Below are positions 31,404 to 42,398 of a stretch of DNA of 62,782 nucleotides, in pieces (positions within the stretch are counted from its first letter, which is position 1; each line of letters opens with the position of its first letter). The stretch spans positions 1 through 62,782 of the forward strand of contig NZ_CAMXYE010000001.1 of the NCBI RefSeq assembly GCF_947253055.1, read 5' to 3'. The translations under genes and the position numbers were made by a program. A model generated the notes under the pieces. It was not told where the DNA came from and made no database searches. It saw only the letters and a program-made list of their open reading frames with translations. The stretch is from an uncultured Arcanobacterium sp. (lineage in GTDB: Bacteria > Actinomycetota > Actinomycetes > Actinomycetales > Actinomycetaceae).

Positions 31404-31510
31404 AGTCTAAGTCTAAGGCATGGAGCTGGCAAAGTTTAATTAGCCAGCACCGCGCGGTGTATTCTATTGCTTCTCTAGGCAGTGATCTAGCAACGCAATC
31501 GCTACAGCTA

Positions 31511-31570
31511 ATCAATCTCGGTGCGATTAATTCCTGCGCGATTAATTCCTACCCATTTAATCTCTGCCCG
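31511..31570. repeat. Four degenerate 15-bp tandem repeats including the ftsK stop region
   Basis: atcaatctcggtgcg/attaattcctgcgcg/attaattcctaccca/tttaatctctgcccg. Confidence 0.65.
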
Positions 31571-34268
31571 TCAATTGCCAAGCATCTTCATCGCCGTCGT
31601 CGTCAACATCGAGCCGCTGAATTTCGGTTGAATCCTCTAATGGATCTCGCGCATAGCGGCTGTCTTGCTCATAGACGATTGTACGCCCCGCCGTATCTTC
31701 CCACTCCGCAGTGCTCTCCGCGCTCGGAGCAGAAGTTATATTAATAGTTTCTTCTCCCGCGGCAAAAGGCTGGGCAGCAGCTGGTTCCCGCGGCACCTCG
31801 GCATCTCCAAAATCCACCTCGGTATAGTAATCTGCCGGCGCACTTGCAGCGGCGCTATGTAAATCAGATTTTTCTCCGCGAATAAAAGCTAAAGCATCCT
31901 CTAACTGATCGGGAGCCACCAACACATCCCGCGCTTTGGAGCCTAAAGAAGGACCCACTATTTCTCTATCTTCGAGCAAATCCATCATGCGCCCCGCTTT
32001 TGCAAAACCGATACGCAATTTACGCTGCAACATCGAAGTAGAGCCAAATTGGGTGGTGATAACTATCTCGGCTGCCTGTAGAAGTGTTTCTAAATCGTCG
32101 CCAATTTCTTCTTCTACTCGCTTCTTTTCCGCTTTGGGAATTACGTCATCTCGATAGACCGGCTCCATCTGTGCCTTTACGTGCTGCACTACCGCGTTTA
32201 TTTCTTCTTCACTCACCCACGCGCCTTGCACTCGAATCGGTTTACTGGCTCCCATCGGCATAAAGAGCGCATCTCCCATACCGATAAGTTTCTCCGCTCC
32301 CGACGCATCTAAAATTACCCGCGAATCAGCGAGCGAGGAGGTCATAAAAGCGAGCCGCGAAGGGATATTAGCTTTAATCAACCCGGTTACCACGTCTACT
32401 GAAGGCCGCTGCGTGGCGAGTACCAGATGAATTCCCGCCGCCCGCGCCAACTGGGTAATACGTTGAATAGACGATTCCACATCGCGTGGAGCCACCATCA
32501 TTAAGTCAGCTAGCTCGTCTACCACTACCAGCAGATAGGGGTACGGTTTCAGCTTGCGCTCCCCTATTTGCTGTACTTTTCCGCCCCGCACTGCTTTATT
32601 GAAATCGTCAATATGCTTATATCCGTAGGTAGAAAGATCATCGTAGCGCTGATCCATTTCGCGCACTACCCACTCTAAAGCGTCGGCAGCTTTTTTCGGA
32701 TTAGTGATAATTGGCGTCACCAAGTGGGGAATTCCCGCATAAATAGTGAGTTCTACTCGCTTTGGATCCACGAGAATCATCCGCACATCTTCTGGAGTAC
32801 AGCGCATCATAATCGAAGTAATCATCGAATTAATAAAAGAAGATTTACCAGATCCGGTAGCTCCTGCCACCAATAAATGCGGCATTTTCGCCAAATTGGC
32901 TAATACGTATTGCCCGCCGACATTCTTTCCAATTCCCACTACCAGAGGATGAGTACGCTTCCGCGCAGCTGGAGAACGCAATACATCTCCTATTAAGACG
33001 GTCTCCCGATCCCGATTGGGGATTTCAATTCCAATTGCCGATTTACCGGGAATCGGAGAGAGTATCCGCACATCGGCAGAGGCCACCGCATAAGCAATAT
33101 TCTTAGAAAGCTGCGTAATTCTATCTACTTTTATCCCCGGGCCTAGCTCCACTTCATACTGTGTGACGGTGGGGCCGCGCGAAAAGCCAGTGACCTGCGC
33201 ATCTACCTGAAACTCCGCAAATACCTGCGTGAGCTCTTTTACCACATCCGTATTGGCTTGAGATTTTTCTACGTGCGGTTCTCCCTCCCGCAGTAAAGAG
33301 AGCGCCGGCAGGGTATAGGTGATATTAGAAGAAAGCTCCATCTGCTCTACCCGCTCCGGCAATGCTTCCGGGCGCGGCGGGCGCAACTTTTTCGCCGCGC
33401 GTTCTACTTTTTGCCTAGCGCCTTCCTTATCAGCTAATGGTTTCAACACGCGAGTATTTTCCGCCATGCCACTATCTGCGCCACTATCGCTGCCGGCAGT
33501 ATCTAAATTATCTACGCCGCTATTTGCGCCGTCACTAAAATCTCCCGCCTCATCTTCTCCAGTTGACCTGCGCAATCGCCGCAAAATACCGCGCCGCGGG
33601 CGCTGTGGCTCTTCTTCTCCTTGGACAATAAGCGCAGTGGAAGCATCTTCCTCCGCTGCTCGCGCTTCGGCACGTACCGCTGCCCGCTGGCGCACCCAAT
33701 CGAGAATATCCCGCACTGACGTATCCGAAGCTAAGAGGAGCGAATAGAAAATAAGGAGAAAAAGTACCGGTATAGCTCCCCATTCGGTGACTAAAGCTAC
33801 TAGACTTCCTCCCACTATCCAGCCAGCTAAACCGCCGGCACTTTCTACCGAAATAAATACGGTAGTCGGGTTGGGCTGCCCACCTAGAATATGTAAAACT
33901 CCGGTGAGAGAGAAAATTAGAATTAGTAAAGCAATGAGAAAATGCCGGTTACGGCTGGCAGGGCGTTTCCGGAACAGCGTAATAGCTAAACCCACCAATA
34001 ATACTGGCACTAAAACGGCGAAAAGCCCCACGCTGCCAGCCACCACATGATGTAGGCCCTCTAGGAGCAATCCAGATTTACCGAACCATTCTTTTATAGC
34101 TACTAAAACTGCCAAAGCTAGCGCTAAGAGAGCTAATCCGTCATGCGCTTTCTTATTTGCTGCGCCACTGGTGCCGCTATTTCTCCGCGCCCCGCGAGCT
34201 TTATTTTTTGCTGCTCGCGCTGGAATGCGCGCAGTATCGCCAGAATTCTGGGCCCGTTTCCTCGCCAC
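31557..34268 (-). CDS. ftsK: DNA translocase FtsK
   Basis: N-terminal TMs, GATGSGKS, VVDELADLM, LATQRPSVDV motifs and gamma domain STSMLQRKLRIG. Confidence 0.96.
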   Translation of the reverse strand: MARKRAQNSGDTARIPARAAKNKARGARRNSGTSGAANKKAHDGLALLALALAVLVAIKEWFGKSGLLLEGLHHVVAGSVGLFAVLVPVLLVGLAITLFRKRPASRNRHFLIALLILIFSLTGVLHILGGQPNPTTVFISVESAGGLAGWIVGGSLVALVTEWGAIPVLFLLIFYSLLLASDTSVRDILDWVRQRAAVRAEARAAEEDASTALIVQGEEEPQRPRRGILRRLRRSTGEDEAGDFSDGANSGVDNLDTAGSDSGADSGMAENTRVLKPLADKEGARQKVERAAKKLRPPRPEALPERVEQMELSSNITYTLPALSLLREGEPHVEKSQANTDVVKELTQVFAEFQVDAQVTGFSRGPTVTQYEVELGPGIKVDRITQLSKNIAYAVASADVRILSPIPGKSAIGIEIPNRDRETVLIGDVLRSPAARKRTHPLVVGIGKNVGGQYVLANLAKMPHLLVAGATGSGKSSFINSMITSIMMRCTPEDVRMILVDPKRVELTIYAGIPHLVTPIITNPKKAADALEWVVREMDQRYDDLSTYGYKHIDDFNKAVRGGKVQQIGERKLKPYPYLLVVVDELADLMMVAPRDVESSIQRITQLARAAGIHLVLATQRPSVDVVTGLIKANIPSRLAFMTSSLADSRVILDASGAEKLIGMGDALFMPMGASKPIRVQGAWVSEEEINAVVQHVKAQMEPVYRDDVIPKAEKKRVEEEIGDDLETLLQAAEIVITTQFGSTSMLQRKLRIGFAKAGRMMDLLEDREIVGPSLGSKARDVLVAPDQLEDALAFIRGEKSDLHSAAASAPADYYTEVDFGDAEVPREPAAAQPFAAGEETINITSAPSAESTAEWEDTAGRTIVYEQDSRYARDPLEDSTEIQRLDVDDDGDEDAWQLTGRD

Positions 34269-34382
34269 TATTTTTCCTTAGTTTTGGTTGTTTCCTCTTT
34301 AAGAAGTGTATAAAAAAGTGCCGCCCTTGTGGGAGAAGCTTCCCCATCTTCCACCCGCCTAATAAGGCGAAAAAGGCACATT

Positions 34383-36059
34383 CTATGCTTCGATGACGGT
34401 CGGTATAATCATGGGCGCACGCTGCAGCGTTTTTGCTGCCCAGCTTCCAATCACTCTCCGCATTGCCTGCTGCATCCGGTAAGAATCCGCAGTTTCATTA
34501 CACAGAGTATCAGCGAGGGCCTCCCGCACAGCCGGCAAGATTTCCGCAAATACGGTATCGTCTTCAGCCATGCCGCGCGCCTGAATATGCGGCCCGGTAA
34601 TTATAGTACGGTTTTTGGCGTCCACCACCGCGAAAATAGCGATAAATCCTTCTTGCCCTAGCGTGCGGCGATCACGCAGCTCCGCTTCGCCGATTTCCCC
34701 TACGCTACTGCCGTCTACAAATACATATCCGCAAGGCACTCTCCCTACTAAATGTGCTTCTCCCCCGTGCAAATCTACTACGTCGCCGTCGGCACAGAGC
34801 ATCACATTTTCTGTCGGTACGCCGGTGCGCACAGCTAAAGAGCCATTCGCCACCAAATGCCGCACCTCCCCATGAATCGGCATCACATTTAGTGGCTCCA
34901 CGATATTGTAGGCATAGAGCAACTCACCCTGCGCACTATGGCCAGATACGTGCACCGCCGCATTGCCCTGATGCACTACTTTTGCTCCTAGTTTCATGAG
35001 CCCGTTTATAAGATGGAATACTGAATTTTCATTTCCGGGAATAAGTGAAGAAGCGAAAATTACTGTATCTCCTGGTCCAATCTTAATTTTCTTGTGGGCA
35101 GAAGCAGCTATGCGGGAAAGGACGGCGCGCGGCTCTCCTTGGGAACCGGTAGACATATAGACGCGCTGCTGCGGAGGAATATTTTCCATTTCCCCCAACT
35201 CGATTAGGGTTCCGGCCGGGATTTCTAAATAGCCGAGGTCGCTGGCGATTTTCATATTGCGCACCATAGAGCGCCCTACGAAACAGACTTTTCGCCCGTA
35301 TTTAGCAGCAGCATCTAACACCTGCTGTACCCGATGTACGTGTGAGGCAAAAGAAGCCACCACTATTTGACCTTTTGCCTCCGCAAATATGCTCTCCAAT
35401 ACCGGCCCAATTGTGCCTTCGGAAGCGACGAAGCCGGGCACTTCAGCATTGGTGGAATCCACCATAAATAAATCTACGCCGCTTTCTCCCGCTCGCGCGA
35501 AAGCGCGTAAATCCGTAATGCGCCCATCTAAAGGCAATTGATCCATCTTAAAATCTCCGGTGATGAGAATAGAACCACCGGGAGCGCGCATAAATACTGC
35601 GAGCGCATCGGGAATCGAATGATTTACGGCAATAAATTCGCAGCTAAACTTGCCAAGTTGCTCCACGTCTCCTTCCGCTACTACCAGCGTATAGGGCTTA
35701 ATACCGTGTTCAGCTAATTTTTCTTCCACTAAAGCGATTGTGAATTCCGAACCTACCAGCGGAATATCTGGGCGTAAGCGCAGTAAATAGGGTACCCCAC
35801 CAATATGGTCTTCATGACCGTGGGTGAGCACCATAGCGTCTATATCGTCTAAACGATCTTCGAGATAAGAAAAATCGGGAAGGATTAAATCTACTCCCGG
35901 CTGGCGCTCTTCGGGGAAAAGCACCCCGCAATCTACTATGAGTAATCGGCCATTGCACTCGAATACCGTCATATTCCGGCCAATATCCCCCAAACCACCG
36001 AGAGGGATAATACGTATTGTGTCTTTTGCTAATTGCGGAGGTAAATCTTCAGTAACCAC
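34383..36059 (-). CDS. rnj: Ribonuclease J
   Basis: PLGGLGDIGRNM, THGHEDHIG, TGSQGEP and HVSGH motifs. Confidence 0.96.
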   Translation of the reverse strand: MVTEDLPPQLAKDTIRIIPLGGLGDIGRNMTVFECNGRLLIVDCGVLFPEERQPGVDLILPDFSYLEDRLDDIDAMVLTHGHEDHIGGVPYLLRLRPDIPLVGSEFTIALVEEKLAEHGIKPYTLVVAEGDVEQLGKFSCEFIAVNHSIPDALAVFMRAPGGSILITGDFKMDQLPLDGRITDLRAFARAGESGVDLFMVDSTNAEVPGFVASEGTIGPVLESIFAEAKGQIVVASFASHVHRVQQVLDAAAKYGRKVCFVGRSMVRNMKIASDLGYLEIPAGTLIELGEMENIPPQQRVYMSTGSQGEPRAVLSRIAASAHKKIKIGPGDTVIFASSLIPGNENSVFHLINGLMKLGAKVVHQGNAAVHVSGHSAQGELLYAYNIVEPLNVMPIHGEVRHLVANGSLAVRTGVPTENVMLCADGDVVDLHGGEAHLVGRVPCGYVFVDGSSVGEIGEAELRDRRTLGQEGFIAIFAVVDAKNRTIITGPHIQARGMAEDDTVFAEILPAVREALADTLCNETADSYRMQQAMRRVIGSWAAKTLQRAPMIIPTVIEA

Positions 36060-36091
36060 GTTACTATTCTGCCATGTTGGGGGCCAAATAG

Positions 36092-36997
36092 TTAAGCGAG
36101 AAACCCTTCTTTACGGAGCACTGCTTCTAGTTGCGCCAGTTCCTCCGGGCTAGCTCCCACGAGCGGCAAGCGCAAATTAGCTTGTGGAAGCACTCCCAGT
36201 AGGTGCAAAGCCTCTTTTGCCATTACTGCTCCCTGCCCAGTGCCCATAATGGCATCTACGATTGGCATTTGGCGCGCAAATTCTGCCCGAGCGGCCGGAA
36301 GGTCTCCCGCATCTACTGCCTGCACCAGACGACGGAGACTGCTCGCGATCAGATGCCCGGCCACAGAAACAACCCCGGAAGCTCCGTGTGCCAGCCAAGC
36401 AAAGTTTAGACCGTCATCGCCGGAATAATAAGCTAAACCGGTACGGCGCATTTTTTGGAAACCGGCTGCCACATCACCCGTAGCATCTTTCACAGCTTGA
36501 ATCTGGGGATTTTCTGCTAAGCGCAGTAGCGTATCTACAGAAATTTTCACTCCCGTACGCCCCGGAATATCATAAATCATTACTGGGAGTTCGGTAGCGG
36601 CGGTGACGGCACTTATATGCTGGTAAACTCCGGCTTGCGAAGGGCGGTTATAGTAAGGCGCCACCACTAGCAAACCATCTGCCCCCGCAGCGGCTGCCCC
36701 TTGTGCAATACGTACTGCATGTGCCGTATCGTTAGATCCAGCGCCGGCCACTAACATTGCGCGCTCCCCGATGGTGTCTTTTACGGCGCGCACTAACTCA
36801 TCTTTTTCTGGCTGGTGAGTCGTAGGAGATTCACCAGTAGTGCCAGAAAGCAAAATAGAATCGCAGCCTTCCGTGACTAATTTATCGGCAAGACGGCAAG
36901 CACTATCAATATCTAAAGAACCATCGGCGTGGAAAGGAGTCACCATCGCCACGCTTACGGAACCGAAAGGACGGGCAGGAATATACGTATTACTCAT
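36092..36997 (-). CDS. dapA: 4-hydroxy-tetrahydrodipicolinate synthase
   Basis: GTTGESPT, PYYNRP, YDIPGRTG and VKDA motifs. Confidence 0.95.
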   Translation of the reverse strand: MSNTYIPARPFGSVSVAMVTPFHADGSLDIDSACRLADKLVTEGCDSILLSGTTGESPTTHQPEKDELVRAVKDTIGERAMLVAGAGSNDTAHAVRIAQGAAAAGADGLLVVAPYYNRPSQAGVYQHISAVTAATELPVMIYDIPGRTGVKISVDTLLRLAENPQIQAVKDATGDVAAGFQKMRRTGLAYYSGDDGLNFAWLAHGASGVVSVAGHLIASSLRRLVQAVDAGDLPAARAEFARQMPIVDAIMGTGQGAVMAKEALHLLGVLPQANLRLPLVGASPEELAQLEAVLRKEGFLA

Positions 36998-37072
36998 ATC
37001 TCTATCGTAGCTGGAAATAAATAAGAAACGGAGAGGTTCGATATATCGGAAAAGTTCTGAAAGAATAAAGGG

Positions 37073-37678
37073 GTGAAAAGCAGTAGAGAAAGCGTGCGCC
37101 CAGCAGTCCCCGCCGATATTCCGGCTATTAGTAGACTACAGGCACAGAATATGCGGGAAAAATTAGTAGCTGAATTGGAAGCTCCTCTTTCTTTAAGTAC
37201 CTCTTCCCAACTGAATGCACAGAACTTTGCACAGATTTGGAAAGAAAGTTGGGAAAATCTCGGGGCTGATGCAGGGCTCTTAGTGGCAGTGCATAAAAAT
37301 GCTGCTCCATCACCCGCTGCTAGTAACGAAGCTGCAGAAGAAATAGGCGGATTTTTATCTTTCGAAGCGGTGCCTCCTGCCCAATTGGCGCAGGCTCCCA
37401 CCGGGGAACGGCGCAGTTTTTTGATCTCTAATTTCGCCGTGCGCGCCGATTTAGCTGCGGCCGGGCACGAAGGGCGGCTCTTAGCGGCAGTGACTGATAT
37501 TCTTCGCGCCCAAGGCGCCACCGAACTCTATATTTGGGCTTTTGCCAGCGATGAGTGGACTACTGGATTTTTAGGAAAAGCCGGATTTGCTCCCGGCGGT
37601 ATCCGCAGCGCTTTCGAAATTGACGGGAAAAAAGCGGTGCAGCATCTCTGGTGGACTACTCTCCACCCCGCATCTTAA
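37073..37678 (+). CDS. GNAT-like acetyltransferase
   Basis: VRPAVPAD N-terminus, GHEGRLLAA motif-A-like segment, FLGKAGF. Confidence 0.65.
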   Translation: MKSSRESVRPAVPADIPAISRLQAQNMREKLVAELEAPLSLSTSSQLNAQNFAQIWKESWENLGADAGLLVAVHKNAAPSPAASNEAAEEIGGFLSFEAVPPAQLAQAPTGERRSFLISNFAVRADLAAAGHEGRLLAAVTDILRAQGATELYIWAFASDEWTTGFLGKAGFAPGGIRSAFEIDGKKAVQHLWWTTLHPAS

Positions 37679-37702
37679 AAGACGCAGAAAGCCAAAGAGA
37701 TT

Positions 37703-38440
37703 TTAGAAATCTAAGAATTTATCTAAACCGTAGGTGAGCCCCAGGTGATAGCCTACTTTCCGAATACCTAGGAGTATTCCCGGCATAAAAGACTCGCGCG
37801 CAAAAGAATCCTGGCGAATCACTAGCTGCTCACCCGGGTTACCGTACAGAATTTCTTCGTGGGCATAGAGCCCCCGCAGCCGGACGGCATGTACATGCAC
37901 CCCCTCAATATTGGCTCCGCGCGCGCCGTAGTTATCGATTTCGGTGGCGTCTGGGCTCGGCGGCACCGCTGCTTGGGCACGTGCCTGCGCTATTTCTTGG
38001 GCAGTAGTGAGTGCGGTACCCGAAGGAGCATCTACTTTATCTGGGTGATGCAGCTCGATCACCTCTACTGATTCAAAATAAGCAGCTGCTTCCCGCGCAA
38101 AACGCATCGCAAAAACTGCCGAGAGAGAATAGTTCGGAGCGATGAGTACGCATTTTTGTACTTCTTCGGCATGAGCACGCACTCGTTCTAGCCGTTCCGG
38201 CGTCCATCCCGTAGTGCCTACCACTACATTTACTCCTGCGTCTAAAAGCGCGTGCACATTTTTATCGGTAGCTCCTGGCACCGTAAATTCTACGGCCACT
38301 TCTGCTCCCCGCAGCGAAGCAGAAGTTATTTCTTCTCCGGCATCCAGCCCTGCCACTAGTTCTAAATCAGCTGCCGCTTCTACAGCCTGTACAATTGATG
38401 ATCCCATACGCCCACGGGCGCCTATTACCGCAACTTTCAT
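37703..38440 (-). CDS. dapB: 4-hydroxy-tetrahydrodipicolinate reductase
   Basis: GARGRMG, VGTTG and ELHHPDKVDAPSGTA motifs. Confidence 0.96.
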   Translation of the reverse strand: MKVAVIGARGRMGSSIVQAVEAAADLELVAGLDAGEEITSASLRGAEVAVEFTVPGATDKNVHALLDAGVNVVVGTTGWTPERLERVRAHAEEVQKCVLIAPNYSLSAVFAMRFAREAAAYFESVEVIELHHPDKVDAPSGTALTTAQEIAQARAQAAVPPSPDATEIDNYGARGANIEGVHVHAVRLRGLYAHEEILYGNPGEQLVIRQDSFARESFMPGILLGIRKVGYHLGLTYGLDKFLDF

Positions 38441-38453
38441 ACTTTAAGTCTAG

Positions 38454-39770
38454 CTACTTCTCGGTATCTGTGCAGATTATTGTGGAATGCGGAGCCGTGG
38501 CTAGCTGGGCGGCTAGATTTTGAATATCTGCGGAAGTAACTGCTCGAATTTTTTGCAGCTGCGCAGCGATAGAATAATTATTTCCATACAGCAGCTCTGC
38601 ATACCCGAGTTGATTCTTCCGGAAGCTGTTATTTTCCATAGCAAATACCAACTGCGCTCGATATTGCCGGTAAGCCATCTCCAAAGTATCGGCGCTCACT
38701 TCTTTTTCTGCCAGCTCTTTTAGGCAGTCTTCCATCACTTGCGCCACCTGTGCGTAATTTTCCGGCGCGCAGCCAGCTTGCATACAAACAATTCCGCCTT
38801 CTTTCCACTGCATCGCCCCCGAAAAAGCGGAATACGCTAAGCCGCGCTTTTCGCGCACTTCTTGGAAAAGCAAGGAAGAATTACCGCCACCGAGAATAAT
38901 GCTGAGTAAATCTAGCACCGCTTCTTCGGGGCTGTCTTGGCGCACGCCGGGCACTCCAATCACCACTGCACTTTGCAGCCCCGGATGTGCCAATACTTGG
39001 GTACTACCTGCGGTATAAGAAATATCGTAGGTGCTCCGCCGCGCAGCGGGGAGAGCGGTTTCGGCTAAATCCCAGCCATATATTTCTAGCAATCTTTGCA
39101 ATGCTCGGCACAACTCGGCGTGATCTACATTCCCCGCCGCCGTAACTACTAGTTCATTTGCGCAATAATTTTGCTGATAGTGCTGCAATAAATGCACATG
39201 ATCCAAGGTGCGCACTTCGGCGATAGTGCCGCCTACCGGCCGAGCTAGGGGGTGATTCCCGAGTACAGCCGGTAAAATAGCTTCACTGGCGCGCGTATTG
39301 GCGTCGTCATTTGCCGCCGCCAATTCTTCTAGAATTACTCCTCGCTCCATCTCCATTTGGGATTTATCGAGAGTGGCAGAAGTGACTAAATCTACCAGTA
39401 GTTCTAAAAGCTGCGGCATATCGCTGGCAAATACCCGCCCGTAGTAGCAGGTGTAACGGCGGGAAGTGGCCGCATTTATCTCTCCTCCGAGATAATCGGA
39501 AAGCTGGGAAATATCTAAAGCGGAACGCCGAGTGGTGCCCTTAAAAAGCAGATGCTCTAAAAAGTGGGTAGAGCCTTCTTCCCCTTCTTTTTCATCGCGC
39601 GAACCGGCCCCGATCCAGAAAGAAAGTGAAACCGAGCTGTGCCCGGGAATTTTTTCACTCAGTACCCGCACTCCACCTGGGAGTACCGATCTTTTACCAA
39701 TTACGCCATTTTCTTCCCAAGTCTGGGAGGCGGTGGAATCGAGAGGGAATTCAATACACGAAAAAGCCAA
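38454..39770 (-). CDS. M16 family zinc peptidase
   Basis: GSRDE, HFLEH inverted zinc motif, LFQEVREKRGLAYS. Confidence 0.92.
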   Translation of the reverse strand: MAFSCIEFPLDSTASQTWEENGVIGKRSVLPGGVRVLSEKIPGHSSVSLSFWIGAGSRDEKEGEEGSTHFLEHLLFKGTTRRSALDISQLSDYLGGEINAATSRRYTCYYGRVFASDMPQLLELLVDLVTSATLDKSQMEMERGVILEELAAANDDANTRASEAILPAVLGNHPLARPVGGTIAEVRTLDHVHLLQHYQQNYCANELVVTAAGNVDHAELCRALQRLLEIYGWDLAETALPAARRSTYDISYTAGSTQVLAHPGLQSAVVIGVPGVRQDSPEEAVLDLLSIILGGGNSSLLFQEVREKRGLAYSAFSGAMQWKEGGIVCMQAGCAPENYAQVAQVMEDCLKELAEKEVSADTLEMAYRQYRAQLVFAMENNSFRKNQLGYAELLYGNNYSIAAQLQKIRAVTSADIQNLAAQLATAPHSTIICTDTEK

Positions 39771-39818
39771 AACGTTTTCCTCTAGTCGGGGAACTACTTT
39801 ACTTTTGCCATCTTATAT

Positions 39819-39856
39819 AAAAAGTGGAGCACCCGGTAATGAACCGAATGCTCCAC
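39819..39856 (-). terminator. Intrinsic terminator after pnp
   Basis: gtggagca..tgctccac stem followed by a T tract on the minus strand. Confidence 0.75.
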
Positions 39857-39884
39857 ATTTAGATTAAATGGCTAGATTATGTAC

Positions 39885-42215
39885 CTATTCGCCAGCTTCT
39901 TCTACTTTCTTAGAACGGGTACGCCGCCGCGAGCGGTTCTGCCGATTGGAGCGGTGATGCTCGTTTTTACCGCGGTGCTCGCGGCCTTCCCGGCTATCTT
40001 CTTTTTCCGCATTTTCTTTCTCGGCAGCTAGCTGCTCTTCAGTTAGCACTGGAATTAACGAAAGCTTTCCGCGATCGTCTACTTCTTCCAGCTCTACTTC
40101 AATCTTATCTCCCACATTCAGCACATCTTCGACGGAGTCAATCCGCTTTCCACCTACCAGGCGGCGAATCTGCGAAATATGCAGCAAGCCATCTTTACCT
40201 GGAGTCAGCGAAATGAAGGCTCCGAAAGTGGTGGTCTTTACTACGGTACCGATAAAGCGCTCGCCCACTTCCGGCATCTGCGGATTGGCAATAGCATTTA
40301 CCGTATCCCGCGCCGCATCTGCTGCTGCTCCGTTATCTGCACCAATATATACAGTGCCATCATCTTCAATAGTGATATCAGCTCCGGTATCTTCTTGGAT
40401 TTGGTTAATCATCTTGCCTTTCGGCCCGATTACTTCTCCAATTTTATCTACCGGGATATGTACGGTGAGAATCCGCGGAGCGGTGAGCGCCATTTCTTCT
40501 ACGCCGGGGATAGCTTGCTCAATCAAATCGAGAATTGCAAAGCGGGCGGCCTTGGCTTGTGCCAGAGCTTTCGCGAGCACTTCTGCCGGAATGCCGTCTA
40601 ACTTGGTATCGAGCTGTAGCGCCGTGATGAACTCACGCGTACCAGCCACTTTGAAATCCATATCGCCGAGGGCGTCTTCCGCGCCCAAAATATCGGTAAG
40701 AGCTACGTAACGGCGTTCTCCGGAGATTTCTCCCGAAATAAGACCCATAGCTATGCCCGCTACTGGTGCATGCAAAGGCACACCAGCATTCAACAAGGAA
40801 ATAGTAGAGGCACAGACCGAACCCATCGAAGTGGAACCATTCGATCCTAAAGCCTCCGAAACTTGCCGAATCGCATAGGGGAATTCATCCCGCCCGGGCA
40901 GTACCGGCACCAAGGCTCGCTCGGCCAACATTCCGTGGCCAATTTCCCGCCGCTTCGGAGAACCTACCCGTCCAGTTTCTCCCGTGGAATACGGAGGGAA
41001 GTTGTAATGGTGGATGTAGCGCTTTGCGGTAATCGGCGAAAGATTATCCAGCTGCTGCTCCATCTTCAGCATATTCAAAGTGGTGACGCCGAGAATCTGC
41101 GTTTCGCCCCGCTGGAAAATAGCGGATCCGTGTACCCGCGGCAATACGCCCGGTTCAGCAGTAATCGTGCGAATTTCTACCGGCGTCCGCCCATCCATCC
41201 GCACACCTTCAGTGAGTACGCGGTTGCGCATAGCTTTCTTCCAGTGATCGTTTACCGCCAAAGCTAAGGCTTGCTCCCGCTCGGGGAACTGCTCAATGAG
41301 CTCTTCGACAATAGCGTCCGTAACCTCATTCAGAGCTTCATCACGCTCATGCTTATCGACGATTCCGTAGATAGATACGAAGCGATCTCCAATACGAGAT
41401 GCTACTGCTTCATGCTCTTCTTCTTCATAAGAGGGGAAGAGGGGGTATTCTACAGTTTCTTTGGCCGCTTTTTCGGCCAATTCTGCCTGCGTCAAGCAAA
41501 GAGTGCGAATAAATCCTTTCGCTACCTCTAAGCCTTCCGTCACTACTTCTTCGGTAGGAGCGACGCCACCTTTCTTTACGTTTTCTACGAGGTGTTCGCC
41601 TCCTTCCGCTTCCACCATCATAATGGCTACGTCGTCACCGACGATACGCCCGGCTACAACCATTGTGAAAGTGGCCTTTTCCAGCTCCGAGTAACGGGGG
41701 AAAGCCACCCACTGCCCTTCGATTAGCGACATCCGTACGCCACCCACTGGGCCAGAGAAAGGCAATCCAGAAAGTTGGGTAGCTAAAGAAGCAGCATTAA
41801 TCGCTACTACGTCATAGGCGTCATCCGGATTAATAGTAAAGACGGTGGCAATTACCTGCACCTCATTGCGAAGACCTTTTACGAAAGCAGGACGCAGCGG
41901 CCGGTCGATTAGACGGGCGGCAAGAATTGCCTCCGTGCCCGGGCGCCCTTCCCGCCGGAAAAACGATCCGGGAATTTTACCGAGCGCATAAGCCCGCTCT
42001 TCCACATCGACGGTCAACGGGAAGAAATCAAAATTTTCTCGGGGCTGCGATGAAACGCAGGTGGTGGCCAAAATAGTGGTTTCTTCGTCCATGGTCACTA
42101 AGACGCTGCCCGCAGCCTGCTGGGCGAGTAACCCGGTTTCAAAACGAAACTTCCGGGTGCCAAATTTTCCGTTATCAATAACGGCTTCTGCAAATTTTAT
42201 ATCAGGACCCTGCAC
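39885..42215 (-). CDS. pnp: Polyribonucleotide nucleotidyltransferase
   Basis: [21 protein letters not shown] and GDMDFKVAG motifs; KH and S1 domains. Confidence 0.98.
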   Translation of the reverse strand: MQGPDIKFAEAVIDNGKFGTRKFRFETGLLAQQAAGSVLVTMDEETTILATTCVSSQPRENFDFFPLTVDVEERAYALGKIPGSFFRREGRPGTEAILAARLIDRPLRPAFVKGLRNEVQVIATVFTINPDDAYDVVAINAASLATQLSGLPFSGPVGGVRMSLIEGQWVAFPRYSELEKATFTMVVAGRIVGDDVAIMMVEAEGGEHLVENVKKGGVAPTEEVVTEGLEVAKGFIRTLCLTQAELAEKAAKETVEYPLFPSYEEEEHEAVASRIGDRFVSIYGIVDKHERDEALNEVTDAIVEELIEQFPEREQALALAVNDHWKKAMRNRVLTEGVRMDGRTPVEIRTITAEPGVLPRVHGSAIFQRGETQILGVTTLNMLKMEQQLDNLSPITAKRYIHHYNFPPYSTGETGRVGSPKRREIGHGMLAERALVPVLPGRDEFPYAIRQVSEALGSNGSTSMGSVCASTISLLNAGVPLHAPVAGIAMGLISGEISGERRYVALTDILGAEDALGDMDFKVAGTREFITALQLDTKLDGIPAEVLAKALAQAKAARFAILDLIEQAIPGVEEMALTAPRILTVHIPVDKIGEVIGPKGKMINQIQEDTGADITIEDDGTVYIGADNGAAADAARDTVNAIANPQMPEVGERFIGTVVKTTTFGAFISLTPGKDGLLHISQIRRLVGGKRIDSVEDVLNVGDKIEVELEEVDDRGKLSLIPVLTEEQLAAEKENAEKEDSREGREHRGKNEHHRSNRQNRSRRRTRSKKVEEAGE

Positions 42216-42248
42216 GGGACCTCCTTATTTCCTGTGCCTCCCCAGATA

Positions 42249-42319
42249 CGGTCATCGATTATCATGCTCAGTTACGGCAGTGATCTTACTGCCCAACCGC
42301 TCACCACAACCGAGGACCG
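42249..42319 (-). ncRNA. Actino-pnp-like 5' UTR hairpin
   Basis: Minus strand CGGTCCTCGGTTGTGG...ATAATCGATGACCG forms a long stem upstream of pnp, resembling the Actino-pnp motif as I recall it. Confidence 0.7.
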
Positions 42320-42364
42320 AACCGATTAGAGAGGACTTCTTCTTTTATTACTCTATATATACTA

Positions 42365-42391
42365 ATCGACCCGGCATTTTGCCAGGTCGAT
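42365..42391 (-). terminator. Hairpin after rpsO
   Basis: atcgacccggca-ttt-tgccaggtcgat inverted repeat. Confidence 0.7.
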
Positions 42392-42398
42392 GGATTCG

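Noticed and set aside
36994..37521. 175-aa minus-strand ORF upstream of dapA
   Set aside because: Antisense to the more protein-like GNAT ORF, and it covers the dapA promoter
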